Positions 19,273-29,867 of a stretch of 64,000 nt of DNA are shown here, piece by piece. How positions within the stretch are numbered: the stretch's first letter is position 1; each line of letters begins with the position of its first letter. A program made the position numbers and the translations under genes. Origin of the DNA: an uncultured Alistipes sp. (GTDB taxonomy: Bacteria; Bacteroidota; Bacteroidia; Bacteroidales; Rikenellaceae). Where the stretch lies: positions 998 to 64,997 of the forward strand of contig CAZGYX010000007.1 in assembly GCA_964530735.1 (NCBI GenBank), in the 5' to 3' direction. The notes beneath the pieces are model-generated. The model did not search any database. It had not been told where the DNA came from and saw only the letters and a program-made list of their open reading frames with translations.

Positions 19273-20580
19273 ATGAGACCGTTGCTTTGGCTGTTCGTAT
19301 TGCTCGTGTTCGGTGCGTGCGCTCCGAAAGGGAGTGCACGGCACCGCATACTCGTCAGTACGGACATCGGCGGCACCGACCCCGACGACAACCAGTCGAT
19401 GATTCATCTGTTGATGTACGCCAACGAATTCGACATCGAGGGATTGGTCTCCTCGCCGTCGTTCGGCGATGGCTCGAAAGAGGAGATTCTCCGGATGATC
19501 GACCTCTACGAACAAGACCTGCCGAAGTTGCAAAAGGGGTTGCGGCAGACCTACGGCAACCGTCGCGGCTGTTATCCTACGCCCGACGAACTCCGCGCCG
19601 TCACCAAACAAGGCCGCAAGAGCGGTGCGCCGTTGTGCGGCTACGCCGAACCGACGGAGGGTTCCGAATGGATCGTCGCGTGCGCCCGGAAAAGCGACGA
19701 CCGCCCGCTGTGGGTGCTCGTGTGGGGTGCTTTGGAGGATGTGGCCCAAGCACTGCACGATGCACCGGACATCGCCGGCCGAATACGCGTCTACTGGATC
19801 GGCGGCCCCAACAAGAAGTGGGGCTGCAACGCCTACGACTACATCGCAACGAATTTCCCCGACCTGTGGTTCATCGAGAACAATGCCTCCTACCGCGGGT
19901 TCATCGGCTCGTCGAAAGAGATGACGCCTTACGAGGGCGGTTACTGGGAACGCTTCATGAAAGGCGCCGGCGTCATGGGCGATGACTTCATCCATTATTA
20001 CGGAGGCATGGCGAAGATGGGCGACACCCCGTCGCTGCTCTACCTGATGCACGGCAATCCCGACGAGCCGTGCGAAGACCATTGGGGAGGACGTTTCGAG
20101 CCGATGGCCCAAAGTCCCGCATACATCGTCCGCGGCGCGCTCCGCAGCACGGATACCGTTCCTGTTTATTCGCTGATGGAGTGGCGGTTGCAAGGGCCCG
20201 TACCCGACATTCCGGCCGACAGCGCCTGCTTCACGCTGCACATCGACAAACAAGACTGGCCCGGGTTCCATGTCGGCGACGGCACGTACGTCGTGCGCTA
20301 CGCCCCGAAAGCCCCGGCCACCCTCGCTTACGGCATCCGTTCGTCGATTGCCGGTTTTCCCGTCCATGAGGGGGTCTTCACCGTGGGCGAAAAATGGCCC
20401 GCCATAGGTCTATACGAAGCCACCGGCGACGCCCTCGAAGCGGTCCCGATCGACATGGGCGACACGTGGTACACCGACTGTCAGGACTATACGGGCCAAT
20501 GGCAGGGAACAGCGACGGTCTCCCGTTGGCGGGAGACCGTCCTGAAAGATTGGGGCATCCGGTTCGGATGGCTGAAATAA
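19273..20580 (+). CDS. DUF1593 nucleoside-hydrolase-like lipoprotein
   Basis: Lipobox FGAC; STDIGGTDPDDNQS..HLLMYANEFDIEGLVSS; PLWVLVWG; MGDTPS. Confidence 0.75.
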   Translation: MRPLLWLFVLLVFGACAPKGSARHRILVSTDIGGTDPDDNQSMIHLLMYANEFDIEGLVSSPSFGDGSKEEILRMIDLYEQDLPKLQKGLRQTYGNRRGCYPTPDELRAVTKQGRKSGAPLCGYAEPTEGSEWIVACARKSDDRPLWVLVWGALEDVAQALHDAPDIAGRIRVYWIGGPNKKWGCNAYDYIATNFPDLWFIENNASYRGFIGSSKEMTPYEGGYWERFMKGAGVMGDDFIHYYGGMAKMGDTPSLLYLMHGNPDEPCEDHWGGRFEPMAQSPAYIVRGALRSTDTVPVYSLMEWRLQGPVPDIPADSACFTLHIDKQDWPGFHVGDGTYVVRYAPKAPATLAYGIRSSIAGFPVHEGVFTVGEKWPAIGLYEATGDALEAVPIDMGDTWYTDCQDYTGQWQGTATVSRWRETVLKDWGIRFGWLK

Positions 20581-20586
20581 CACACC

Positions 20587-21687
20587 CTATACGAACGGCA
20601 CCTTGACTACTTCGGCGCGCAGGAGCCGGTCGCGGATGACGACCGCAATCGTGCTGCCGGGCTTGGCGTATTCGGCCGCGACGTATCCCATGCCGATGCC
20701 CGTTTTCAGGCACGGCGACATCGTGCCCGACGTGACGTGTCCCATCTCCTTGCCTTCGGGCGTCGCCAACGTGTATCCGTGACGCGGAACGCCGCGGTCG
20801 AGCATCTTGAACCCGACCAGCTTGCGGCCGACGCCTTCGGCTTTCTGCTTTTCCAGCACCGCACGGTCGATGAACTCCTTGCCGTCGGCGAACTTCGTGA
20901 TCCACCCCAGCCTCGCTTCAATAGGCGAGGTCGTGTCGTCGATGTCGTTGCCATAGAGGCAGAATCCCTTTTCCAAGCGGAGCGTATCGCGGGCACCCAG
21001 CCCGATGTTCTTCAATCCATACTCTGCGCCGGCCTCCCAAAGGGCTTTCCAAAGTTTCCCGCCGTCCTCGTTGGCCACGTAGATTTCGCAGCCGCCCGCG
21101 CCGGTGTAACCCGTAATCGAAAGAATGGCATCGCATCCGGCCACTTTCGTCTTGCAGAACGTGTAGTACTCCATTTGTTCGACCGGCTCGGCGCACATTT
21201 TCTGCACGATTTTCATCGCCGCAGGGCCTTGCACGGCCAGCTGGCAGATTTCGTCCGAAGCGTTGTAAAGCTCCTTGCCGTGCCCCGCTTCCATGCCGAA
21301 CGCCTTGCCCTCGGCGCAGATGTGCGCCCAGTCCTTGTCGATGTTGGCGGCATTGACGCACAGCATGTAGGTCTCGGCATCGAACCGGTAGACCAGAATA
21401 TCGTCGACGATGCCCCCGCGCCCGTTGGGCATGCACGAATACTGCACCTTGCCGTCGTAGAGCTTCGCGACGTCGTTCGTCGTGATGCGTTGCAGCAGGG
21501 CAAGCGCTTTGGGCCCCTTGACCCAGATTTCGCCCATGTGGCTGACATCGAACACGCCCGCGCCGTTGCGCACGGTCAGGTGTTCGTCGTTGATGCCCGT
21601 GAACTCGATGGGCATGTTGTAGCCCGCGAACTCGGCCATCTTGGCACCGGCAGCGATGTGATGCGCGGTGAATGCGGTTGTTTTCAT
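20587..21687 (-). CDS. gcvT: Glycine cleavage system aminomethyltransferase T
   Basis: [46 protein letters not shown]. Confidence 0.97.
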   Translation of the reverse strand: MKTTAFTAHHIAAGAKMAEFAGYNMPIEFTGINDEHLTVRNGAGVFDVSHMGEIWVKGPKALALLQRITTNDVAKLYDGKVQYSCMPNGRGGIVDDILVYRFDAETYMLCVNAANIDKDWAHICAEGKAFGMEAGHGKELYNASDEICQLAVQGPAAMKIVQKMCAEPVEQMEYYTFCKTKVAGCDAILSITGYTGAGGCEIYVANEDGGKLWKALWEAGAEYGLKNIGLGARDTLRLEKGFCLYGNDIDDTTSPIEARLGWITKFADGKEFIDRAVLEKQKAEGVGRKLVGFKMLDRGVPRHGYTLATPEGKEMGHVTSGTMSPCLKTGIGMGYVAAEYAKPGSTIAVVIRDRLLRAEVVKVPFV

Positions 21688-21719
21688 AACGGTTATTTTT
21701 CGGTTTTCTTCGTCGGAAA

Positions 21720-22925
21720 TTACTCTCTGCGTTTCACGCCCAGACGCGGACACCGGTGAAACTCTTTCGTGCGGTCGAACAGGTAGCGGTAGGTCGTGTG
21801 CACCTTGTGGCGGGTGGCGCAAACATAATTTTCGATCATGCGGTTCATCACCGGATTGAAATCGCCGATCCAAGCCAGTTCCAGCGTCTTGTAGCGGGTC
21901 TGCTGCTCCATCATGAAGTGCCAGTAGCGCACCATGATCGCCGATTCGACCCCCTTGCCGTGAAATTCGGGCGCGATGCCGAAGATGACGCCGAAGATGC
22001 GGTCGCTGCGTTTGCGTACTTTCAAATCCCACAGTAGCCGCAGTTTCTCGACGAGGCCGAAACGCCCGCCGAACTTGCCGATGATGCGGTTCAGGTCGGG
22101 CACCGTGATGAAAAACCCGATAGGCTCGTCGTTGAAGTAGGCGAAAAACACGATGTCGGGGTCGATGAGGGGGCGCATCTGTTTGAGCAGTTGCAGGGCT
22201 TCGTCCTGCGTCATGGGCTTCACCCCCGAAAACAGCGCCCACGCCTTGTTGTAGATGACGCGGAAATTCTCGGCGGCATCTTCCAGATTCTTCATGTCGA
22301 TGTTCTCGATGTGGTAGCCCGGCATCGACAGCAGGCGCTCCGAACGGTCGAAGATGCGTTCGTTCGCTTCGGAGACGTTCGCCCGCCAGATGTAACTGTT
22401 CTGATTGAAGTAGTTGCGGAAGCCGTAATGCTCGAACAACTCCTTGTAGTAGTGCGGGTTATAGGGATTTTTATACAGGGGTTGGAATTCGTAGCCCTCG
22501 ACCAGCAGGCCCCACCAGTCGCGCCGCTGCCCGAAGTTGATCGGGCCGTCCATCGCCTCCATGCCACGGCTGGCCAGCCACAGCCGCGCGGCGTCGAACA
22601 GCATGTCGGCGACCTCCTGATTGTCGATGCACTCGAAGAATCCGCAGCCGCCGGTGGGTTGCTCCTCCAACGCGGCCTTCTCGCGGTTATAGAATGCGGC
22701 GATACGCCCCACGACCGTGCCCGACGCATCGCGCACGACCCAGCGGATGGCCTCGCCGTCGGCGAAAAGTTCGTTTTTGGCCGGGTCGAAAACTTCCAGC
22801 ACGTCGCAGTCGAGCGGGCAGACCCAGTTGCGGTTGCCGCGGTAGAGGCGTTTCGGCAGGTCGAGCCATTCGCGCACCAGCGCGGGCGACGTCACCTCGC
22901 AAAGACGGTATTGTTCGGGATTCAT
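21720..22925 (-). CDS. GNAT-like acyltransferase (YghO-like hypothetical)
   Basis: [52 protein letters not shown]. Confidence 0.7.
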   Translation of the reverse strand: MNPEQYRLCEVTSPALVREWLDLPKRLYRGNRNWVCPLDCDVLEVFDPAKNELFADGEAIRWVVRDASGTVVGRIAAFYNREKAALEEQPTGGCGFFECIDNQEVADMLFDAARLWLASRGMEAMDGPINFGQRRDWWGLLVEGYEFQPLYKNPYNPHYYKELFEHYGFRNYFNQNSYIWRANVSEANERIFDRSERLLSMPGYHIENIDMKNLEDAAENFRVIYNKAWALFSGVKPMTQDEALQLLKQMRPLIDPDIVFFAYFNDEPIGFFITVPDLNRIIGKFGGRFGLVEKLRLLWDLKVRKRSDRIFGVIFGIAPEFHGKGVESAIMVRYWHFMMEQQTRYKTLELAWIGDFNPVMNRMIENYVCATRHKVHTTYRYLFDRTKEFHRCPRLGVKRRE

Positions 22926-23025
22926 GTTCTTTCGATAGTTAGCAAAGCCAAAGATACGAAAAAATTATTTCGTCCGTCGGCTTTTTGCCTTTATTTCGTA
23001 TCTTGGGGCGTTAAAATCCGCAACG

Positions 23026-25545
23026 ATGGAATTTCTTGAATCGCGATACGGACGGCGGGTGCTGTCGTGGGTGTTCGCTTCGGCGCTCTTTTTCGTGGTG
23101 AGCGCGCTCTATTTCGCGCCGCAGTTCCGGGGCGAGGTGCTGCCCCAGCACGACGTCGTGCAGTTCGAGGGCATGGCCCGCGACATCCGGCAGATGCGGG
23201 CCGACACGGGCGAGGATCCCCAGTGGACGGGCTCCATGTTCGGCGGCATGCCTGCCTACCTCATCGACGTGGCCTATCCGGCGCAGCTGGTCAAAAACAC
23301 GGTCGGGCGGGTCGTCCGAATCGTCGATACGCCCGCCGGATTCCTCTTTTTCGCCATGACCGCCATGTGGGCGATGCTGCTGTTGTGCGGCGTCGACGCC
23401 CGGGTGGCCGTCGTCGGGGCGCTGGCCTACGGCCTGTCGACCTACTTCCTGCTGATTATCGCGGCCGGACACATCACCAAAATGTGGGCGCTGGTCTATG
23501 CCCCGCTGATGATGGGCGGGGCATGGGTCACGCTGCGCCGCAACGTGTGGTACGGCGGCGCCCTGACCGCCCTCGCCGCGTCGCTCGAAATCGGGGCCAA
23601 TCATCCGCAGGTTACCTACTATTTCCTGATGGCGATGGCGGCGTTGTGGGTGAGCGAGGGCATCGTCGCCGGACGCGAAAAACGGTTGCGCGATTTCGCG
23701 CGCCGCACCCTCGTGCTCGCGGCGGCGGGACTGCTGGCCGTCGGCTCGAATTTTTCTCCGTTGTGGTACACGGCTCAACATTCAAAAGATACGATGCGCG
23801 GCGGGTCGGAACTGGCGACGACCGCCGAGACCTCGCGCAACGGCCTTGCGCTCGATTACGCGACGGCGTGGAGCTACGGCCGGGCCGAGAGCTTCAACCT
23901 GCTGATTCCCGACTTCATGGGACGCGAATCTGGCTCGACCTTTGCCGCCGACAGCCGCACGGCGGCCGTGCTGAACGACTACGGCCTGCGCGGGGCGGCG
24001 CAGCAACTGCCCACCTACTGGGGCGAGCAGCCCTACACCGGCGGGCCGACCTACTTGGGCGCTGCCGCCGTGTTCTTGGCCGTGTTGGGTGTCGTGCTCT
24101 TGCGCGGGCGCAACAAGTGGTGGCTGGTGGCCGTCTGCGGCGTGATGCTCTTGCTGTCGTGGGGGCGCAACTGGCTGTGGTTCACCCGGCTGTTTTTCGA
24201 TTACCTGCCCGGCTACGACAAGTTCCGCACCGTGTCGATGACGCTCGTCGTCGTGCAATGGGCCGTGCCGGTGCTGGGGGCTTGGGGGCTGATGCGGCTG
24301 TGGCGCGACGAGGTGCCGCGCGAACGGTTGTGGCGGGCGCTGGCTTGGGCCGCCGGCCTTACGGGCGGGCTGTGTCTGTTGTTCGCCGTCGCAGGCGGTG
24401 CGTTGTTCGACTTCGGCGAACAGGCCGATGCCGAGATGATGACCGACCAGTTTTCCCGGATTTTTGCGGCCAACAACCTGCAAAGCTATATAGATAAAGG
24501 TGTCGACATCGAGTGGGGCGAGACGACCGCCGCCGCAATGGCCGCCGACCGCGCCGCGATGATGCAGGCCGATGCGTGGCGGTCGCTGCTGATGATCGTG
24601 CTGGCCGCCGGAGCCGTCGCGCTGTTCGCCGGACGGCGCATCGGGCGGGGCGTGCTGGTGGCTGCGCTCGGCGCGGTGGTGCTGCTCGACCTCGTGCCGG
24701 TCGACCGGCGGTTCCTGTCGTCCGACGATTTCATGTCGCCGCGCCGTCGCCGCATCGCGATGACCGAAGCCGACCGCCGGATTCTGGACGACCCGACGCC
24801 CGGGTTCCGCGTCTTCAACCTGACGGTCAGCCCCTTCAACGATGCCACGACGAGCTATTTCCACCGTTCGGTCGGCGGGTACCACGGGGCGAAGCTGGCG
24901 CGCTATCAGGATTTGATCGACCGCTATTTGAGCCGGATGGACGAGGGCGTTTTGGACATGCTGAATACCCGCTACGCGATTGTGCCGGCAGACGACGGCA
25001 CGCCGCAGGCCGTGCTGCGCGGCACGGAGTTCGGCGCAGCATGGTTCGTCGACCGTGCCGTCGAGGCCGCGACGCCGCAACAGGAAATCGACCTGCTGGG
25101 CGAAGTCGACCTGCGGACGACGGCCGTCGTGGCGGCTTCGGATGCCGGAGCGGTGGCCGTGCTGGCGGACGACGATGCGGCGGGAATCAAGGACTTGCCG
25201 GAGCCGATGCGTTCGATTCGGTTGGAAGAGTACCGCCCCAACTATCTGAAATACGGGTACGCGACGCCCGAAGCGGGAGTCGCGGTGTTCTCCGAAATTT
25301 TCTACGACAAGGGCTGGCGGGCCTATGTCGACGGCGTGGAGGCGCCTTATTTCCGGGCCGATTACGTTTTGCGCGCCATGTCGCTTCCGGCCGGCCGGCA
25401 TACCGTCGAGTGGCGCTTCCGGGCACCCGCATGGGGGGCGGCCGAGACGGTGACGGGCATCGCGTCGGTGCTGATTCTGCTTTTCGCGCTGGGCGCGGCG
25501 GCCGTGCGGATCCGGGCGCGGGTTCGCGAAGCGCGCCGGGAATAA
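23026..25545 (+). CDS. YfhO-family membrane protein (GT-C-like glycosyltransferase)
   Basis: Many TM segments; QHDV, WTGSMFGGMP, GGYHGAKL.RYQ, FSEIFY..GW.A..DG. Confidence 0.88.
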   Translation: MEFLESRYGRRVLSWVFASALFFVVSALYFAPQFRGEVLPQHDVVQFEGMARDIRQMRADTGEDPQWTGSMFGGMPAYLIDVAYPAQLVKNTVGRVVRIVDTPAGFLFFAMTAMWAMLLLCGVDARVAVVGALAYGLSTYFLLIIAAGHITKMWALVYAPLMMGGAWVTLRRNVWYGGALTALAASLEIGANHPQVTYYFLMAMAALWVSEGIVAGREKRLRDFARRTLVLAAAGLLAVGSNFSPLWYTAQHSKDTMRGGSELATTAETSRNGLALDYATAWSYGRAESFNLLIPDFMGRESGSTFAADSRTAAVLNDYGLRGAAQQLPTYWGEQPYTGGPTYLGAAAVFLAVLGVVLLRGRNKWWLVAVCGVMLLLSWGRNWLWFTRLFFDYLPGYDKFRTVSMTLVVVQWAVPVLGAWGLMRLWRDEVPRERLWRALAWAAGLTGGLCLLFAVAGGALFDFGEQADAEMMTDQFSRIFAANNLQSYIDKGVDIEWGETTAAAMAADRAAMMQADAWRSLLMIVLAAGAVALFAGRRIGRGVLVAALGAVVLLDLVPVDRRFLSSDDFMSPRRRRIAMTEADRRILDDPTPGFRVFNLTVSPFNDATTSYFHRSVGGYHGAKLARYQDLIDRYLSRMDEGVLDMLNTRYAIVPADDGTPQAVLRGTEFGAAWFVDRAVEAATPQQEIDLLGEVDLRTTAVVAASDAGAVAVLADDDAAGIKDLPEPMRSIRLEEYRPNYLKYGYATPEAGVAVFSEIFYDKGWRAYVDGVEAPYFRADYVLRAMSLPAGRHTVEWRFRAPAWGAAETVTGIASVLILLFALGAAAVRIRARVREARRE

Positions 25546-25578
25546 AAAAGGCTCCGCCACAATGGCGGAGCCTTTTTT
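25544..25578. terminator. Bidirectional intrinsic terminator between yfhO and xylA
   Basis: A6-GGCTCCGCCA-CAA-TGGCGGAGCC-T6 between convergent genes. Confidence 0.92.
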
Positions 25579-25593
25579 ATGGAACCCTCTGCG

Positions 25594-26907
25594 TCAGATG
25601 TGCATGCTGACGATCGCTTCGTAGAGTTCCTGCTTGCCGCTGTGCTGCACCGGTTCGTGCTTGCGGGCATGTTCGGCGGCCTCTTCGAGGGTCATGCGGC
25701 CCTCCTCGAACCGTTTGCCCTCGCCCGAATCGTAGGAAGCATAACGTTCCGCCAGCATCTTGCAGTAGGGCGAATTGTCGAGGATTTCGGCAGCGATGAG
25801 CAGCGCACGCGCCATGACGTCCATCGCGGCGATGTGGGCGATGAAAATATCCTCGGGGTCGGTCGAGTTGCGGCGGGTCTTGGCATCGAAGTTCGTGCCG
25901 CCGCCCTGCAAACCGCCGCCGCGCAGGATGACCAGCATCGCCTGTACCATTTCGTAGAGGTCGATCGGGAACTGGTCGGTGTCCCAGCCGTTCTGGTAGT
26001 CGCCGCGGTTGGCGTCGATCGAGCCCAGCATGCCGGCGTCGACGGCGCATTGTAACTCGTGCTCGAAGGTGTGGCCCGCCAGCGTCGCGTGGTTTACTTC
26101 GATATTGACTTTGAAGTCCTTGTCCAACCCGTGCGCCCGCAGGAAGCCGATGACGGTCTCCGTGTCGACGTCGTACTGGTGTTTCATCGGCTCCATCGGC
26201 TTGGGCTCGATGAGGAACGTGCCCTTGAACCCTTTGGCGCGGGCATAGTCGCGTGCCATGCGCAGCATCGTGGCCATGTGCTCCTTTTCGCGCTTCATGT
26301 CGGTGTTCAGCAGCGACATGTAGCCCTCGCGGCCGCCCCAGAATACGTAGCAGTCGCCGCCCAGCTCGATGGTCGCGTCGATGGCGTTCTTGATTTGCAG
26401 CATCGCGCGGGCCGCCGTGTCGAAATCGGGATTGGTTGACGCGCCGTTCATGTAACGGGCGTGTCCGAAGACGTTGGCCGTGCCCCACAGCAGCTTGATG
26501 CCCGTTTCGGCCTGCTTCTGTTTGGCATAGGCGACGATTTCTTTCAGGTTCTTCTCATACTCCTCGACCGTCGCGGCTTCGTCCACCAAATCCACGTCGT
26601 GGAAGCAGTAGTATTCGATGCCCATTTTCTGCATGAACTCGAATCCGGCGTCCATTTTGGCCTTGGCCCGTTCGACGGGGCAGGCCGCCTCGTTCCAAGC
26701 GAATTTCTTGGTGCCGCCGCCGAACTGGTCGCCGCCCTCGGCGCAGAGGGTGTGCCACCATGCCATCGAGAAACGGAACCAATCCTTCATTTTGCGTCCC
26801 TTGACGACCTTTTCGGGGTCGTAGTAGTGGAACGCCATCGGATTTTTCGAGCCGGCACCCTCGAACGGGATTTTGCCGACTTCGGGAAAATACTGTTTTG
26901 TAGCCAT
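25594..26907 (-). CDS. xylA: Xylose isomerase (class II)
   Basis: [46 protein letters not shown]. Confidence 0.98.
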   Translation of the reverse strand: MATKQYFPEVGKIPFEGAGSKNPMAFHYYDPEKVVKGRKMKDWFRFSMAWWHTLCAEGGDQFGGGTKKFAWNEAACPVERAKAKMDAGFEFMQKMGIEYYCFHDVDLVDEAATVEEYEKNLKEIVAYAKQKQAETGIKLLWGTANVFGHARYMNGASTNPDFDTAARAMLQIKNAIDATIELGGDCYVFWGGREGYMSLLNTDMKREKEHMATMLRMARDYARAKGFKGTFLIEPKPMEPMKHQYDVDTETVIGFLRAHGLDKDFKVNIEVNHATLAGHTFEHELQCAVDAGMLGSIDANRGDYQNGWDTDQFPIDLYEMVQAMLVILRGGGLQGGGTNFDAKTRRNSTDPEDIFIAHIAAMDVMARALLIAAEILDNSPYCKMLAERYASYDSGEGKRFEEGRMTLEEAAEHARKHEPVQHSGKQELYEAIVSMHI

Positions 26908-26919
26908 TGTGTGTGTTGT

Positions 26920-28416
26920 TTATTTAGGTTGTTGTTCGTTGAGTTTCGATTCCACGGCGCGGCACCATGCCGTGTAGCCCGCTTCGAGTGCGTCGCGGTC
27001 GGCGGCGACGGGTTCGACCGTTTCCAGCCGGCGCAGCGAGGCGAATGCCTCCTCGCGCGTCTTGTAGAGGCCTGCGCCCAGTGCGGCTCCGCGTGCCGCT
27101 CCCAGCGCGCCGTCGGTATTGAACAGCTCGATGCGGGCGCCGGTCAGGGTGGCCAGCGTGCGGCGGAACAGCGGCGAGAGGAACAGGTTGGCCTTGCCTG
27201 CACGGATGACGTCGGGCTTCAGCCCCATGCCGCGCATGATGTCGATGCCGTAGCGGAACGAGTAGGCGATGCCCTCCTGTGCGGCCCGCAGGATGTGGGC
27301 CGTCGTGTGGCGGTTGAGGTCGATGCCTTCGAGGGCGGCTCCCGTCGTGCGGTTTTCGAGCACGCGCTCGGCCCCGTTGCCGAAGGGCAGCACGAGCAGC
27401 CCCTCCGAACCGGCCGGAACCTGTTCGGCGAGGTCGTTCATCTGCGCATAGTCGGCCGTTTGCTGCACGACGTTGCGCCGCACCCACGCATTGAGGATGC
27501 CCGTGCCGTTGATGCACAGCAGGATGCCGTAACGCGGCGCTTCGGGCCGGTGGTTGACGTGCACGAACGTGTTGACGCGCGACAGCGGGTCGGCGCGGGG
27601 CGTATCGACCACGCCGTACACGACGCCGCTCGTGCCGCCCGTCGCGGCGATTTCGCCTGCCTCCATGACGTTGAGCGAAAAGGCGTTGTTGGGTTGGTCG
27701 CCGGCGCGGTAGGAGACGGGGGTGCCTTGCGGGAAGCCCAGCGCCTCTTCCGTCGCGCGGTTCGTGCGGGCCTGAATGCCGATGCTGACGCCCGCTTCGG
27801 GGATGAGGCCGTGCGGGATGCCGTAGTAGTCGGCCACGAAATCGGCGCGGCGCTCCTCCTTGAAGTCCCACAGGATCTGTTCCGAAAGCCCGCTGACGGA
27901 GGTCGAGATTTCGCCCGACAGCCGGTAGGCGATGTAGTCGCCCGGCAACAGCGCGTGGGCGGCTTTCGCGAAAATTTCGGGTTCGTTGCGCTTGACCCAT
28001 GCGAGTTTCGACGCCGTGAAGTTGCCGGGCGAATTGAGCGTGTGCGCCAGACAGAAATCGCGTCCGATTCCCTCCAACGCTTCGGCACCGATTCCGACGG
28101 CCCGCGAATCGCACCAGATAATCGCCTTGCGCAGCGGATTCCCGGCGCGGTCGAGCAGCGTCAGCCCGTGCATCTGGTAGGTGATGCCTATGGAGGCTAC
28201 TTCGTGCATCGGGTGTTCGGCGGCGAGGGCGCGGATGCCCTCGCAGGCATAGTGCCACCACATTTCGGGGTCTTGTTCCGCCCAGCCCGCGCGGGGGGCG
28301 TCGATGCGCATTTCGGCGCTTGGATTGGTCGACGAGGCGACGCACTGGCCCGTTGCGATGTCGAGCAGCGATACTTTGACGGACGACGAACCGACGTCGA
28401 TGCCTAAACTTTTCAT
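26920..28416 (-). CDS. xylB: Xylulokinase (FGGY family)
   Basis: GIDVGSSS.K, YQMHG, IIWCDSR, GDQPNNA; directly upstream of xylA. Confidence 0.93.
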   Translation of the reverse strand: MKSLGIDVGSSSVKVSLLDIATGQCVASSTNPSAEMRIDAPRAGWAEQDPEMWWHYACEGIRALAAEHPMHEVASIGITYQMHGLTLLDRAGNPLRKAIIWCDSRAVGIGAEALEGIGRDFCLAHTLNSPGNFTASKLAWVKRNEPEIFAKAAHALLPGDYIAYRLSGEISTSVSGLSEQILWDFKEERRADFVADYYGIPHGLIPEAGVSIGIQARTNRATEEALGFPQGTPVSYRAGDQPNNAFSLNVMEAGEIAATGGTSGVVYGVVDTPRADPLSRVNTFVHVNHRPEAPRYGILLCINGTGILNAWVRRNVVQQTADYAQMNDLAEQVPAGSEGLLVLPFGNGAERVLENRTTGAALEGIDLNRHTTAHILRAAQEGIAYSFRYGIDIMRGMGLKPDVIRAGKANLFLSPLFRRTLATLTGARIELFNTDGALGAARGAALGAGLYKTREEAFASLRRLETVEPVAADRDALEAGYTAWCRAVESKLNEQQPK

Positions 28417-28485
28417 GGTGCAGGTTGCGTTTTAGGGATGCTAAAAGTAACAAATTTGTCGCAACCGTGCAAATTTTTCGGTCGG

Positions 28486-29684
28486 CTATTCCGATTTTGC
28501 GGCGTCCCTGCGTTTGAGCATGATCTGCTGCCGGTATTCCGAAGGGGTGATGTGTTTGAGCTGCCGGAACGAACGGGAGATGTTCTTGATGTCGGAAAAC
28601 CCCAGTTCCATGGCGGCCTCCGAAACGTTCATGCCTTCGCGCAGCAGCTGGCTCATCTTTTCGATGCGAATGCGGATGATGTAGTCGTAAATCGATGTGC
28701 CCATGCACTTCTTGAAGCGTGTTTCGAGCAGCCGCCGCGACAGCGGCACCAGTTTCACGAGGTCGTCGACCGTGATTTTCTGGCTGATGTTTTCGTGCAC
28801 GTAGCGCAATACCGCCGCGATGTGCGGGTCGTTGTTGGCGTAGATGTCGGTCGATTGGCGGGTAACGATGTCGGAGGGCATCACCATGATGTCTTCGTAG
28901 TCCGCTCGGGGGTCGCGAATCAGCTTGTCGATGAGTTTGGCGGTGTCGTATCCGCCCTGCTCGACGTGCTGGCTCAACGAGGAGAGATTGGGTATCGAAA
29001 GCCGGCAGATGCTCTCGTCGTTATCGACTCCGAGAACCGCTATGTCTGTGGGAATGTGGAACTTTCCCCCCCCCCCTCAATTTGGCGGCAGCCCTCGGTG
29101 ATCTGGTAGGCGTGGTTGTCGTCGCAGGCCATGATCGCGACTGGTTTGGGCAGCGATTGCAGCCACATCGACAGCCGGATCGGATCGTAAAACCACAGGC
29201 TCGTGTAGGACGAACTCCGCAGAGCCGAAAAGGTGAATTCGGGGTCGGCCTCCGCAATCGTTTCCCGAAAGCCCTGATAGCGTTCGTCGGACCATACGAA
29301 ATCGCGCGTGCCGTAGAACGCGAAGTTGCGGAATCCCTTTTTCAGAAAGTATTCGGCCGCCATTTTGCCGGCCAGCCGGTGCGGGCCGGTGATGTTGGGA
29401 ATCGACGCGAACCGTTTTTTGAAATCTTGGGCGATGACGATGATTCCCTTTTCGCGGAAGAGCTCTACGTTGTCCGTGTTGCGGAATTGCCCGATGACGG
29501 CGTCGGCTTTCATCCGCAAGGCCCATTCGACGACGGCCTCGACCCCGAACTGGTCGCGTATCGAGAGCGGCAGCCGACAAAGGCTCCACGCCTGTCCCGT
29601 GTCGTGCGCATAGTGCGCGATGCCCTGCAACAGCTCGCGGGCATAGGCCTCCGAAAAATCGCTTAGAAAGATGATGTTCGCCAT
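28486..29684 (-). pseudogene. xylR: XylR-type LacI-sensor/AraC-HTH regulator, frameshifted at a G11 tract
   Basis: N-terminal sensor half (LPKPVAIMACDD) ends QIEGGG; the shifted frame continues KFHIPTDIAVLGVDNDESIC..LSS to the AraC HTH (LSRRLLETRFK..ELGFSD..SRSFRQ..TPSEYR). Confidence 0.9.
29066..29076 (-). repeat. Homopolymer G11 (C11 on + strand) inside xylR
   Basis: Read directly; lies at the frameshift junction. Confidence 0.92.
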
Positions 29685-29779
29685 CGCGGCAATTTTTGTC
29701 GGTTAAAATTAACTTTTTTCGGGGAAAAAGAAAAATTCCGGCGGCTTTTTGTTCGGCCGTTTCGTGCCGGAAATCGAAT

Positions 29780-29846
29780 TTGCGCGATATGAGGGTGGAA
29801 AAGCGCAATTTGTCCCCTCCCGCCGTTTCGGCACCCGCTAAATTTG
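29780..29846 (+). promoter_or_regulatory. Putative activator site TTGCGCGATATGA-N10-GCGCAA plus -7 box TAAATTTG (promoter of the hydrolase operon)
   Basis: Same motif and same 59-bp offset to the -7 box recur at 44331-44397. Confidence 0.7.
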
Positions 29847-29867
29847 TTAACAAAACACTAACCGGAC

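Noticed and set aside
28441-28508. Third copy of the PUL operator upstream of xylB
   Set aside because: CGCAAAATCG..CGAAAAATTT has a 21-bp period but a poor match, a shifted offset and a non-consensus -7 box
29685-29867. Invertible promoter in front of the PUL
   Set aside because: Only short imperfect inverted repeats that do not flank the -7 box, and no recombinase nearby
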